Assembly (NCBI GenBank): GCA_964476725.1
Contig: CAYZBZ010000001.1
Location: forward strand, 15,649 to 75,597
Reading direction: 5' to 3'
Length of the DNA: 59,949 bases
From: an uncultured Vicinamibacterales bacterium
GTDB taxonomy: Bacteria; Acidobacteriota; Vicinamibacteria; Vicinamibacterales; 2-12-FULL-66-21
Position 1 is the first letter of the stretch. Every line of letters starts with the position of its first letter. Of this stretch, positions 8,673 to 17,711 are shown in pieces. The position numbers were made by a program, and so were the translations under genes. The notes beneath the pieces are model-generated. The model was not told the origin of the DNA. It searched no databases and saw only the letters and a list, made by a program, of their open reading frames with translations.

Positions 8673-11600
8673 GTGAAGCGTCCGGTATTCTGGATTCTGC
8701 TCGGGTTGGTCTCACTGGCCGGCGCCGGCGCGGCGTGGCATTTCTTCCCGCAGGCCTTCTCCATCGTCGCGCTCGACATCACCATGGACCGCGAGGCCGC
8801 GCTCGCGGACGCGCGGGCGCTCGCGGGGCGATACGGGTTCGGCCCCTCCGGCTTTCGCCAGGCGGCGTCCTTCGCGCTCGACGAGGAGGCGCAGACGTTC
8901 GTCGAGCTCGAGGGGGGCGGGAAAGAGGCGCTCACGCGGATGCTCCGTGATGGCCTTTACTCCTCCTACACCTGGCGGGTCCGCCACTTCCGAGAGGGAG
9001 AGACGAACGAAACGCTCTTCCGCTTCACGCCTGACGGACGCCCCTACGGCTTCGCGGAGAAGCTGAAAGAGGATCTCCCGGGCGCCGCGCTGGACGGCGC
9101 GGCCGCGCGCCGCCTCGGCGAAGCGAACGCCCGGGCGGAGTGGCACATTGATTTCGCCGGCGTCAGCCTGGTCGAGCAGGGACAGGAGCGCCGTCCGGGC
9201 GGACGGGTCGATCACACGCTCACCTACGAACGCGCGGCGCCGACGCTGAACGAAGGGCGCTACCGCCTGCGGCTCGTCGTGTCCGGCGATCGCCTCACGG
9301 AGCTCACGCACTTCATCAGGATTCCCGAAGCGTTCACGCGGCGGTACCAGAACATGCGGTCGGCCAACGAGGCGATCGGCGTCGTCTCGGTCGTCGGCCT
9401 GGTGCTGCTCTACGTCGCCGGCGGCATCGGCGTCGGCCTGTTCTTCATGTTGCGCCAGCGATGGGTGATCTGGCGCCCGGCCGCGTTCTGGGGGGTGCTC
9501 ATCGGCCTCATGCAGGCGCTCGCCGCCGTGAACGAATGGCCGCTGATGTGGATGACGTACGACACGGCCCTGCCGCGCGCGACGTTCCTCGGACAGCAGA
9601 TCGCGACGGTGTTCGCGATGTTCGTGGGGTTCTCCGTGTTCTTCGCGCTGTCGTTCATGGCGGCCGAAACGCTCACACGGCGAGCGTTCGGGTCGCATCC
9701 GCAGTTCTGGCGCGTGTGGGGGAAGGGCCCGGGCAGTTCGACGACGGTCGCGGAAGGGACGGTTGCGGCGTATCTGCTGGTCTCGATCTTCTTCGCCTAC
9801 GACGTCCTCCTGTACCTGATCGCCACGCGTGCGTTCGGCTGGTGGACGCCGTCGGAGGCGCTGCTGCACCCGGATGTGCTCGCCACCCATGTGCCGTGGC
9901 TGTCGGCCATCGCCAATTCGCTGCAGGCGGGGTTCTGGGAAGAGTGTCTGTTCCGGGCCGTCCCAATCGCCGGCGCCGCGCTCATCGGCGATCGTTTCGG
10001 CCAGCGCCGGCTGTTCGTCATCATCGCGTTTGTCGTGCAGGCGCTCATCTTCGGCGCGGGGCACGCGCCGTATCCGACACAGCCTTCGTTCGCGCGGCCC
10101 GTCGAGCTGATTCTCCCGTCGATCGGCTTCGGGCTGCTCTACGTGTACTTCGGCCTTCTGCCCGGCATCATCCTGCATTACACGTTCGACGTCGTCTGGT
10201 TTGCGCTGCCGATCTTCCTCGCGAAGGCGCCCGGCATCCGGGTGCAGCAGGCGATGGTGGTCGTGATGACGCTGGCGCCGCTGTGGGTCGTCCTTTTCCG
10301 CCGCGTCCAGGTGAGACGCTGGACGGAGCTGTCGGACGCGGATCGCAACGCCGCGTGGACACCGCCGCCGGTGCCGGAACGCGCGGCCGCGCCGCCCGCG
10401 GTGGCAGGGTATGCGCTCGGCGATCGCATGAAGACGATCTGGCTCGGTGTCGGAGCGGCCTGTCTGGCGGCGTGCGCGGTCGCGATGTTCGCGCGCGGCA
10501 GCGCGGAGACGCTGCCGATCGGACGGACGGAGGCCGCGGACCTGGCCCGCCGCGCGCTCGAGGCGCGTAGCGTGACGCTCGGCCCGGAGTGGCGCCTCCT
10601 GCCCAGGCCGCTCGACGGCGCCGACGGGCCGCACGAGTTCGTGGCCGAGACAGCCGGCAACGACAGGCGCAAGGCGCTCGTGGGCACGTATCTGCCTGCA
10701 CCGCGGTGGCTCGTGCGCGCCGCGAAGTTCGAGGGGGACGTCGCGGAGCGGGCCGAAGAGTGGCAGATGGCGGTCCAGACCTCGAAGGAGGTCCGCATTC
10801 AGCATTTGCTTCCCGAAGGGCGCCCCGGCGCGTCGCTCGACGAGGCCGCCGCGCGCCGGATCGCGCAGGCCGGGCTGGCCGAGCGCACGGGGCTCGAGGT
10901 CGCAGATGGCCACGCGCGCGAGATCTCCGCCCGTCCCGCCAAGCTGAAGGCACGCACCGACTGGGTTTTTACGTACGGCGACTCGACGCAGCCGCCGCTG
11001 CCGAGCGGCGAGCTGCGGATCGACGTCGCGCTGGCGGGCGACGAAGTGGCGAGGGTTGGACGGTACGTGTACGTACCGGAAGAGTGGGCACGGAACCGGC
11101 GTGCGGCGGACACGCGCAACACCATCCTGCGGATTGGGGCGGGCCTCGTCTTCGGCGGAATGCTCATGGCCGCGGCGGTGCTCGGCGTGATCGCGTGGAG
11201 CCGCGGCCGCTACGCGCCACGGCTGTTCCTCGCTGCCGCGGCGCTGGTGCTGGTCGCATCCCTGGTCGAGTCGGCAAACGGTTGGCCGACGGTGCTCGCG
11301 TCGCTGCAGACCGCGCTTCCTCTGCAGTTGCAGATCCTTGGCGTCATTGGAATCGGGCTCGTCGCGCTGACGATCAGCGCGGCCCTCGACGGTCTCGCGA
11401 TCGGCGCAATTCCTCACAGGCTCGCGAGCGCGAGACAGCTGCCGGATCGCGACGCGTTGCGCCTTGGCGTCGCGGCCGGCTTGTTTGGCGCCGCCGTGTC
11501 GCTCGGCGCCGCCGCGCTGCGAACGCCCGACTGGGCAGAGGCGCCGAACCTGGCGCCGCTCGGCACGTTCGTGCCTGTCCTTGGGGTGGCAATCGACCCA

Positions 11601-12011
11601 ATCGCCGCCCTCCTCACGCGGATGGCGATTCTCGTGAGCCTGCTTGCGGCCGTGACCGCGGCAACGGCAGGCTGGACGCGCCGGCGCGTCCTCGGCACGC
11701 TCGCGCTCGTGCTCACCGGCTTTCTGGCTGCAGGCACTCCCGCGGGGCTCCATACAGGAGCATGGGCGGCAGCGGGCGTGCTCACGGCCGTGTCGCTTGT
11801 CGCCGTCTACGTCACCTTGTTGCGCGCAGACCTCACGATGGCGCCCCTTGCGCTGGGGACGATGATGGCCGTTGGCGCCGTCGCGGCCGGTGTCCAACGT
11901 CCGTTCCAGGGAGCGCTCGCGGGATCGATCCTCGCGGCCGCCACGTCCGCCGCCGTGTCGTGGTGGTGGTTCGGGAGGCTACGCCAGCCAGTCAATCGGA
12001 TCCGGGATTAG
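8673..12011 (+). CDS. Very large polytopic CPBP-family (CAAX/Rce1-like) intramembrane glutamic protease
   Basis: The GTG at 8673 is in frame and preceded by AAGGAGG (8660-8666). The upstream part of the track ORF overlaps the SNF2 gene. CPBP motifs 'FWEECLFR', 'FGAGHAPY' and 'HYTFD' are present, with many predicted TM helices on both sides. Confidence 0.8.
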   Translation: MKRPVFWILLGLVSLAGAGAAWHFFPQAFSIVALDITMDREAALADARALAGRYGFGPSGFRQAASFALDEEAQTFVELEGGGKEALTRMLRDGLYSSYTWRVRHFREGETNETLFRFTPDGRPYGFAEKLKEDLPGAALDGAAARRLGEANARAEWHIDFAGVSLVEQGQERRPGGRVDHTLTYERAAPTLNEGRYRLRLVVSGDRLTELTHFIRIPEAFTRRYQNMRSANEAIGVVSVVGLVLLYVAGGIGVGLFFMLRQRWVIWRPAAFWGVLIGLMQALAAVNEWPLMWMTYDTALPRATFLGQQIATVFAMFVGFSVFFALSFMAAETLTRRAFGSHPQFWRVWGKGPGSSTTVAEGTVAAYLLVSIFFAYDVLLYLIATRAFGWWTPSEALLHPDVLATHVPWLSAIANSLQAGFWEECLFRAVPIAGAALIGDRFGQRRLFVIIAFVVQALIFGAGHAPYPTQPSFARPVELILPSIGFGLLYVYFGLLPGIILHYTFDVVWFALPIFLAKAPGIRVQQAMVVVMTLAPLWVVLFRRVQVRRWTELSDADRNAAWTPPPVPERAAAPPAVAGYALGDRMKTIWLGVGAACLAACAVAMFARGSAETLPIGRTEAADLARRALEARSVTLGPEWRLLPRPLDGADGPHEFVAETAGNDRRKALVGTYLPAPRWLVRAAKFEGDVAERAEEWQMAVQTSKEVRIQHLLPEGRPGASLDEAAARRIAQAGLAERTGLEVADGHAREISARPAKLKARTDWVFTYGDSTQPPLPSGELRIDVALAGDEVARVGRYVYVPEEWARNRRAADTRNTILRIGAGLVFGGMLMAAAVLGVIAWSRGRYAPRLFLAAAALVLVASLVESANGWPTVLASLQTALPLQLQILGVIGIGLVALTISAALDGLAIGAIPHRLASARQLPDRDALRLGVAAGLFGAAVSLGAAALRTPDWAEAPNLAPLGTFVPVLGVAIDPIAALLTRMAILVSLLAAVTAATAGWTRRRVLGTLALVLTGFLAAGTPAGLHTGAWAAAGVLTAVSLVAVYVTLLRADLTMAPLALGTMMAVGAVAAGVQRPFQGALAGSILAAATSAAVSWWWFGRLRQPVNRIRD

Positions 12012-12015
12012 GGAT

Positions 12016-12699
12016 TCAAAAGTCCCACATAACTCGCACTCCGGGCCGGACGACCTGATAGGGGTCGTCCGTGATCACCCCGAACGTGTAGCGCAGCTCC
12101 GGCGCGAGTGTGATCGTCCTGGTGAGCTGAATCAGCACGAGCACTCCCCCGGTGAGCCCGGCGCCATTCATTTTGCGGCTCGAGTCGGACGGTTGCAGCT
12201 CCGGATGATCCGGAGAGAGATTCACCTCGGCGGGAACCGAGAGCGTCGTCCGCTGCGTGCGGGTCGTGTACCGGCGTGCCGAAGGCCCGCCGAAAATGGC
12301 GGCGTTGACGCGCCCCGGATCGCGCGTCCGCCACATCACATGGGCGGACCAGCCCGGCCCTGCCTTCTCGGTCCGGACCCATCGCATTCGCACACCCAGC
12401 CGTTCGATCTCTGCACGGGTCGCGTTCATCGGCGCAACCGAGAAGCCGATGGCCTCGTCCGTGCGCGTCTTCTCGCGAAACGCCCGATCCAGTTCGAGCT
12501 CCAGGCTCCACGCGCCGCCGAACCTGAAGCCGAGTAGTCCACCCGCCGACGGCACCGCGCCGCCATTCACCGGCCCGCGCTCGCCGAAATCGGCCGCCGT
12601 CGCCCCCCCCACGTAGAAGCGCGGGGTGCTCGTTTGTCCGGCCGCCGGCGCCGCCCAAAGCGCCGCGACCACCGATGCCACGATGGCTGTCAGCCGCAT
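12016..12699 (-). CDS. Outer-membrane beta-barrel protein (porin-family/OmpA-like barrel)
   Basis: ATG at 12699 gives signal peptide 'MRLTAIVASVVAALWAAPAAGQ'. Alternating beta-strand pattern with C-terminal '...RVMWDF' (terminal Phe). Confidence 0.7.
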   Translation of the reverse strand: MRLTAIVASVVAALWAAPAAGQTSTPRFYVGGATAADFGERGPVNGGAVPSAGGLLGFRFGGAWSLELELDRAFREKTRTDEAIGFSVAPMNATRAEIERLGVRMRWVRTEKAGPGWSAHVMWRTRDPGRVNAAIFGGPSARRYTTRTQRTTLSVPAEVNLSPDHPELQPSDSSRKMNGAGLTGGVLVLIQLTRTITLAPELRYTFGVITDDPYQVVRPGVRVMWDF

Positions 12700-12765
12700 G
12701 CAGTCCCTCCGCAACGAAAGGCGCAAACGCGCGACGAACCGGGTCTTTCCCCAGGCCTCCAGGGA

Positions 12766-12793
12766 GAACCATGAACCTTGAACCATGAACCTT
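12766..12793. repeat. 14-bp tandem repeat x2 (GAACCATGAACCTT)
   Basis: Exact tandem copies at 12766-12779 and 12780-12793, in the divergent spacer between the OM barrel gene and the kinase-like gene. Confidence 0.9.
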
Positions 12794-12812
12794 TTCGTCA
12801 TAGCCTCCACCT

Positions 12813-13625
12813 ATGCAAATACGACTCTGCGCGCTCCTCCTTGCGTTCGCCTCGGTGCTGCTGGCATCCCCTGTCCGCGCGGAGAGGGACTTCACCCTCC
12901 GGGTGCAGGCGGCGGCCACCGCGGGCTCGGCCAGGATATGGGAGGGGCGGAATGCCGAGTTCGAGGAGTACATCCGCACCGCGGAGATCGACCGCTTCGA
13001 AGACATCCCGCTCGGCGTCACCCGCCCGAAGCGCGCATGGCTGAAGCCTGGCGGGCCGGTGGAGAGCATCGCGTGGAAGGCGCTTCCTCCGAGCAGAGCG
13101 ACCGGGTACTGGGAGAGCTACAAGTCCGAGATCGCCGCCTACGAGATGGACAAGCTGCTCGGGATGGCCATGGTGCCTGTTATCGTGGAGAAGCGCTGGA
13201 AAGGGGACACAGCGGCCGCCATCCTCTGGCTGACGCCGGTGCATCCGTGGAAAGAGATGGAGCCGCGCGAGAAGCCGCCGAAGTGGAACCGCCAGGCGAT
13301 TCTGATGAAGATGTTCGACAATCTGATCGGCAATCCCGATCGCAACATGGGGAACCTGCTCGTGGACGACGAGTGGAACCTCTATCTCATCGATCACTCG
13401 CGCGCGTTCGTCGAGGCGAAGGACATTCCGGTGAAGATGGAGCACATCGACAGAGCCGTGTGGGACCGCATGCTGGCGCTGGACGAGCCCACGCTGACCG
13501 CCGCGCTTGGAAAATGGGTGAACGGACGCGGCATCCGCGCGCTGCTCGCGCGCCGCGATCGGATGAAGGCCGCGATCGACAAGCTGGTCCTCGCTAGCAG
13601 CGAAGCAGCCGTTTTCACCCGCTAG
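12813..13625 (+). CDS. Secreted protein with PI3/PI4-kinase-like (type II PI4K-like) catalytic core
   Basis: 270 aa with signal peptide 'MQIRLCALLLAFASVLLASPVRA'. It has a catalytic-loop-like 'GNPDRNMGNLLV' and a DFG-equivalent 'LIDHSRAF'. Confidence 0.65.
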   Translation: MQIRLCALLLAFASVLLASPVRAERDFTLRVQAAATAGSARIWEGRNAEFEEYIRTAEIDRFEDIPLGVTRPKRAWLKPGGPVESIAWKALPPSRATGYWESYKSEIAAYEMDKLLGMAMVPVIVEKRWKGDTAAAILWLTPVHPWKEMEPREKPPKWNRQAILMKMFDNLIGNPDRNMGNLLVDDEWNLYLIDHSRAFVEAKDIPVKMEHIDRAVWDRMLALDEPTLTAALGKWVNGRGIRALLARRDRMKAAIDKLVLASSEAAVFTR

Positions 13626-13629
13626 TCCA

Positions 13630-14778
13630 GTGCCACCTGTCCTTTACCTGCGGGTCACACTCATCGCAGCGCTTTTCGTCCTTGCGCCCGTCCACGCGGC
13701 GCCAGCTCGCATCGTCGCGATCGCCGATGTGCACGGCGCCGCGGAGAGGCTGGCCTCCATCCTTCAGCGTGCCGGCCTGGTCGACGCCGCCGCTCAGTGG
13801 ACCGGCGGCACCGCGACGCTCGTGCAGACCGGCGACCTGACCGCTCGCGGCGCTGGCGAGCGGGCCGTGTTCGACCGCCTCATGGCGCTCGAGCTGCAGG
13901 CAGCCGCCGCGGGCGGGCGCGTGCAGATCGTCCTCGGCAACCATGAAGTGATGAACATGATGGGCGACACGCGCGACGCAACGCCTGAGATCTTGCGGAG
14001 CTTCGCGGATGGTCAGTCCGAGTCCCGGCGCGAGCGCGCCTTCGACGCGGCAGCGAAACTGAACCGGGGGACGCGACTGGACAAGGCCAAGTGGCTGGCG
14101 GCTCACCCGATTGGCTTCGTCGAGTACCGCGACGCGTTGAAGCCAAACGGCCGGTACGGTCGATGGCTGCGATCGAAGCCGATCGTCGCCGAAATCGAGG
14201 GCAACGTCTTCATGCACGCCGGCGTGAACGCCGAGTTCACCACGGGGTCGCTGGACGACATCAACCGGCGCGCACGGCGCGAGCTGGCCGACTGGGACGC
14301 CGGGGTACGCTGGCTGGAACAGGAGAAGCTGGTGCTGCCGTTCTCGAGCCTGATGGAAGTGGTCGAAGCGGCCCGGTCAGAGCTGACGCGGTTCAGGGAG
14401 TATCGGAGAGAAGGCACGCTGACAGACGAGCACGTCCGCGCCGCCGGCCTGCTGACGCCAATCGCCGGCATCGGCGCCTCGAGCCTCCTTCATGCAGATG
14501 GACCTCTCTGGTTTCGCGGCTTCAGCAACTGGACGGACGAGGAGGGGGCCCCGCTGATGGCCGCGCTGCTGGCGAAGTACCGGGTGAAGCGGTTCGTCAC
14601 CGGGCACACACCGCAGGCGTCGGGCCGCATCAGACAACGATTCGGCGGCGCGCTTTTTCTGATCGATACCGGAATGCTCGGCGGCAGCTTCTATCCCGGC
14701 GGACGGCCTTCTGCGCTCGAGATCACCGGCGACGCCGTCAAGCCGATCTACGACGACGCTACTGCGAGCCGGCGTTAG
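13630..14778 (+). CDS. Secreted calcineurin-like metallophosphoesterase
   Basis: 382 aa with a GTG start 4 nt after the upstream stop. Signal-like N-terminus. Motifs 'IADVHG', 'GDLTARG', 'GNHE', 'FMHAG' and 'GHTP'. Confidence 0.85.
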   Translation: MPPVLYLRVTLIAALFVLAPVHAAPARIVAIADVHGAAERLASILQRAGLVDAAAQWTGGTATLVQTGDLTARGAGERAVFDRLMALELQAAAAGGRVQIVLGNHEVMNMMGDTRDATPEILRSFADGQSESRRERAFDAAAKLNRGTRLDKAKWLAAHPIGFVEYRDALKPNGRYGRWLRSKPIVAEIEGNVFMHAGVNAEFTTGSLDDINRRARRELADWDAGVRWLEQEKLVLPFSSLMEVVEAARSELTRFREYRREGTLTDEHVRAAGLLTPIAGIGASSLLHADGPLWFRGFSNWTDEEGAPLMAALLAKYRVKRFVTGHTPQASGRIRQRFGGALFLIDTGMLGGSFYPGGRPSALEITGDAVKPIYDDATASRR

Positions 14779-16847
14779 TCCCCAGCAGATACCGCTCCAG
14801 CCACGTGCGCACCTCGCGGTAGAACACGCGGCTGTTCTCTCCCTTGAGAATCCAGTGGTTCTCGTCCGGCCAGACGAGGAGCTTCGCCGGCACATTCATC
14901 CGTTGCAGCGCCGAGTACATGGTCAACGTGTTGCCTTCGGGCACGCGGAAGTCGTTCTCGCCGACCGACAGCAGCATCGGGGTCTTGAAGGCGCCGGCTT
15001 TCGCGAGCGGGCTCTGCTCGATCCACTTCTGCGGGTTCGCCCAGTACGGTCCGCCCATCATCAGCTCGCGGTGGTAGATGCCGTCGCTCGTCCCCCACTG
15101 CATGTCCAGCGACGCCAGACCCGCGTGGCTGACGATCGCCTTGTAACGCGTGGTCGTTCCCTCGAGCCAGTTCGCCAGATGCCCGCCGTAACTGGCGCCC
15201 CCCGCCGCCTGGCGCGTGCCGTCGATGAACGGAAACCGCTTGATGGCTTCGTCGGCTGCGTCGTTGATGTCGTCGGCGGGCCCTTTCAGTGGATAGACCC
15301 AGGATGTCGAGCGTGAGCTTCTCGCCGTAGCCGGTGGATCCGCGGTAGTCCGTCGCGACGAGGACGAACCCCGGATGCGCCAGCAGGTGATAGTTCCAGC
15401 GGTAGGAAATCGAATCGCGCCACGAGCTCGCGTGACCGCCGTGAATCAGCACGAAGAGCGGATACTTCTTCGACTCGTCGAAGTTCGGCGGCAGCGCGAC
15501 GAAGCTGTGAATGCGGCGCCCGTCACGCCCGGTGAACCAGAAATCGCGGAGCGGCTGCCAGTCGGTCGAGGCCGCCTTTGCCGTGTTGAATGACGTCAGG
15601 AACTGACGCGTCTTCGTCGCGGGATCGATGCGGACGATCTCGAGCGGGTTGACCGCGCTCTCCCAGTTGGCGAAGAGCGCCGGCGACGCGGCCCGCTCAG
15701 GAATCCGGAGACCGGTATACACACCCAGCGGTGCGTCGACGACGAGGGTGGCCGGGCCGCCGGCAGCCGGGACGGAGTACACGCGCTCGTGGCCGGCATC
15801 CTCGGCCGTGAAGTAGATCGCCTTGCTGTCAGGCGTGAACGCCCAGGATCCCACCGGCCGGTCCAGCTCTTTTGCCATCACGCTGACGCTGCCGGGACTC
15901 CAGGGCCAGGCCGTGCACCCGATGCGCGTAAGCGCGTAGATCGCCGGCTTGGGGTCGTTGCCGGAGAAACAGATGGCCTTGCCGTCCGGCCGGAACTTCG
16001 GCGCGCTGATCTCCCACCCTTCGGCTGCCAGACGGACCGGCTCGCCGCCGGCGATCGGCACCTGCCAGAGGGACGTCGCGACCGTCGCGCGGGCGGAGGC
16101 GTCCACGCGATCCGGGGCCGCGAACACGAGCGACTGCCCGTCCGGCGCCCACACAGCGTTCGGCGCATCGCCGCTGAATCCAGGGAGGGCCGCCAGCTTC
16201 GTGCCGGCCAGCAGGGAGCGCGACGTGCGATCGCCGTCGACGCCCACGACCCACAGGTGGACCTTCGACTCGTCGATCCAGCGATCGAAGTTGCGGATCG
16301 GAAACGTCTCGTACACCCGGACCTTCGACTTCGCGTTCTTCTTCTCCTGCGCCGCCTTGCGGTTCGACTCCTCGTCGGTGGCGCCCGACCACATCGCCGC
16401 CTGGAACGCGATGCGCCGGCCGTCCGGACTCCATTTCGGCGTGCCGGCGGCGGTCGGCGCGTTCGTCACGCGCTGCGCCTCTCCGCCGAGCGCGACGTCG
16501 ATCACGTAGATCTGCGCGACCTCGTCATCGTCCCGCTTCGCCGCAAACGCGAGACGCGTGCCATCCGGACCCCAGGCGGGTCCGCTCTCGCCCCCCTTGT
16601 TCGACGTCAGCCGTCGCGGCTGCGCGCTGCCGTCAGCCGGCACGATCCACAGATCGGAGACCTCCTTCTGCGGGTCGTACGACGCCTCGTTCACGCTGAA
16701 CACCACCCACGTGCCGTCCGGCGACGGCACCGGCGCGCCCACGCGTATGAACGACCAGAGCAGCTCGTGCGTGAGCGTCTGCTTCGTCTGCGCAAAGGCC
16801 GCGCCGCACAGGCACGAGAACGACAGGACGAGAGCGGAAATACGCAT
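14759..16847 (-). pseudogene. S9-family serine peptidase (beta-propeller + alpha/beta hydrolase) split by a +/-1 frameshift near 15293-15299
   Basis: The 690-aa ORF is protein-like up to '...[15 protein letters not shown]', then turns Arg-rich. The adjacent frame reads 'YPLKGPADDINDAADEAIKRFPFIDGTRQAAGGASYGGHLANWL...' (GxSxGG nucleophile at 15191-15193) and continues into the 114-aa ORF 14759-15103. Confidence 0.85.
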
Positions 16848-16902
16848 GCGGTCAGCTTACCTCTTACCTCTAGCCTTTTCCCCTTTCCCCGAACGAGGTA
16901 CT

Positions 16903-17661
16903 GTGTCTGCACTCGTGCCCGATCTTTCCCTCCCTCAATGGGTTCTCGCCATCATTGCCGCCGCCACCATGGGCATTGGCAAATCGGGCATCTCGGGGAT
17001 AGGCCTCGTCACGGTGCTCATTTTTGCGTTTCTGTTCGGCGCACGAAGCTCCACGGGCGTCGTGCTGCCGATGCTGCTCGTCGGGGACGTAACGGCAGTC
17101 CGCGCGTTCCACGAGCACGCGCGATGGGACTACATCCGTCGGATGCTGCCGCCCGCGTGCATCGGCATCATCCTCTCGGCGTGGTTCATGCGGTCGCTCA
17201 GCGAAGCCGTCTACAAGCCGATCATCGGCGGCATCATCCTGACGCTGACCGCGCTGCAGCTCGTCAGGACGGCGCGGCCGGACTGGTTTGGCAACGTCCC
17301 GCACACCCGCTGGTTCGCGTGGACCATCGGGCTCGCCGCCGGGGCCGCCACGATGCTGGCCAATGCCGCCGGGCCGGTGTTCGCGATCTATTGCGTGGCC
17401 GTCGCGTTGCCCAAGATGGAGCTCGTCGGCACCAACGCGTGGTTCTTCCTGATCGTCAATGCGTTCAAGGTGCCGTTCAGCGCTGCTCTCGGGCTGATTC
17501 ACGGCGGGACGCTGCTGCTGAACGCCGTGCTGAGCCCCTTCATCGTCGCCGGCGTCTTCGCCGGGCGCTGGCTGACGGACCGCATCCCGCAGCGGCTCTT
17601 CGATGGTCTCCTGCTTGCGTTCGCCGCCATCGCGGCGCTGAGACTTATCGGGATCCTCTGA
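16903..17661 (+). CDS. TauE/SafE-family (DUF81) anion exporter
   Basis: Polytopic membrane protein with 'MGIGKSGISGIG' and a second-half repeat 'AGAATMLANAAGP'. The in-frame GTG at 16903 follows GAGG; upstream track sequence is not protein-like. Confidence 0.75.
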   Translation: MSALVPDLSLPQWVLAIIAAATMGIGKSGISGIGLVTVLIFAFLFGARSSTGVVLPMLLVGDVTAVRAFHEHARWDYIRRMLPPACIGIILSAWFMRSLSEAVYKPIIGGIILTLTALQLVRTARPDWFGNVPHTRWFAWTIGLAAGAATMLANAAGPVFAIYCVAVALPKMELVGTNAWFFLIVNAFKVPFSAALGLIHGGTLLLNAVLSPFIVAGVFAGRWLTDRIPQRLFDGLLLAFAAIAALRLIGIL

Positions 17662-17672
17662 TCAATCCGGGC

Positions 17673-17711
17673 TGAACTTTGGATTTTGGAACTTTGGAAC
17701 TTTAGACCTTT
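17673..17711. repeat. About 5 degenerate tandem copies of the 8-mer GGAACTTT
   Basis: 'tgaacttt ggatttt ggaacttt ggaacttt agaccttt' fills the 48-bp convergent spacer between the TauE stop (17661) and the DmpA-like stop (17710). Confidence 0.85.

Noticed and set aside
12006-12020. 'GGGATTAGGGATT' as a telomere-like (TTAGGG) repeat.
   Set aside because: There are fewer than two units, it is internal to a bacterial contig, and it overlaps a stop codon. I treated it only as a short recurring motif.
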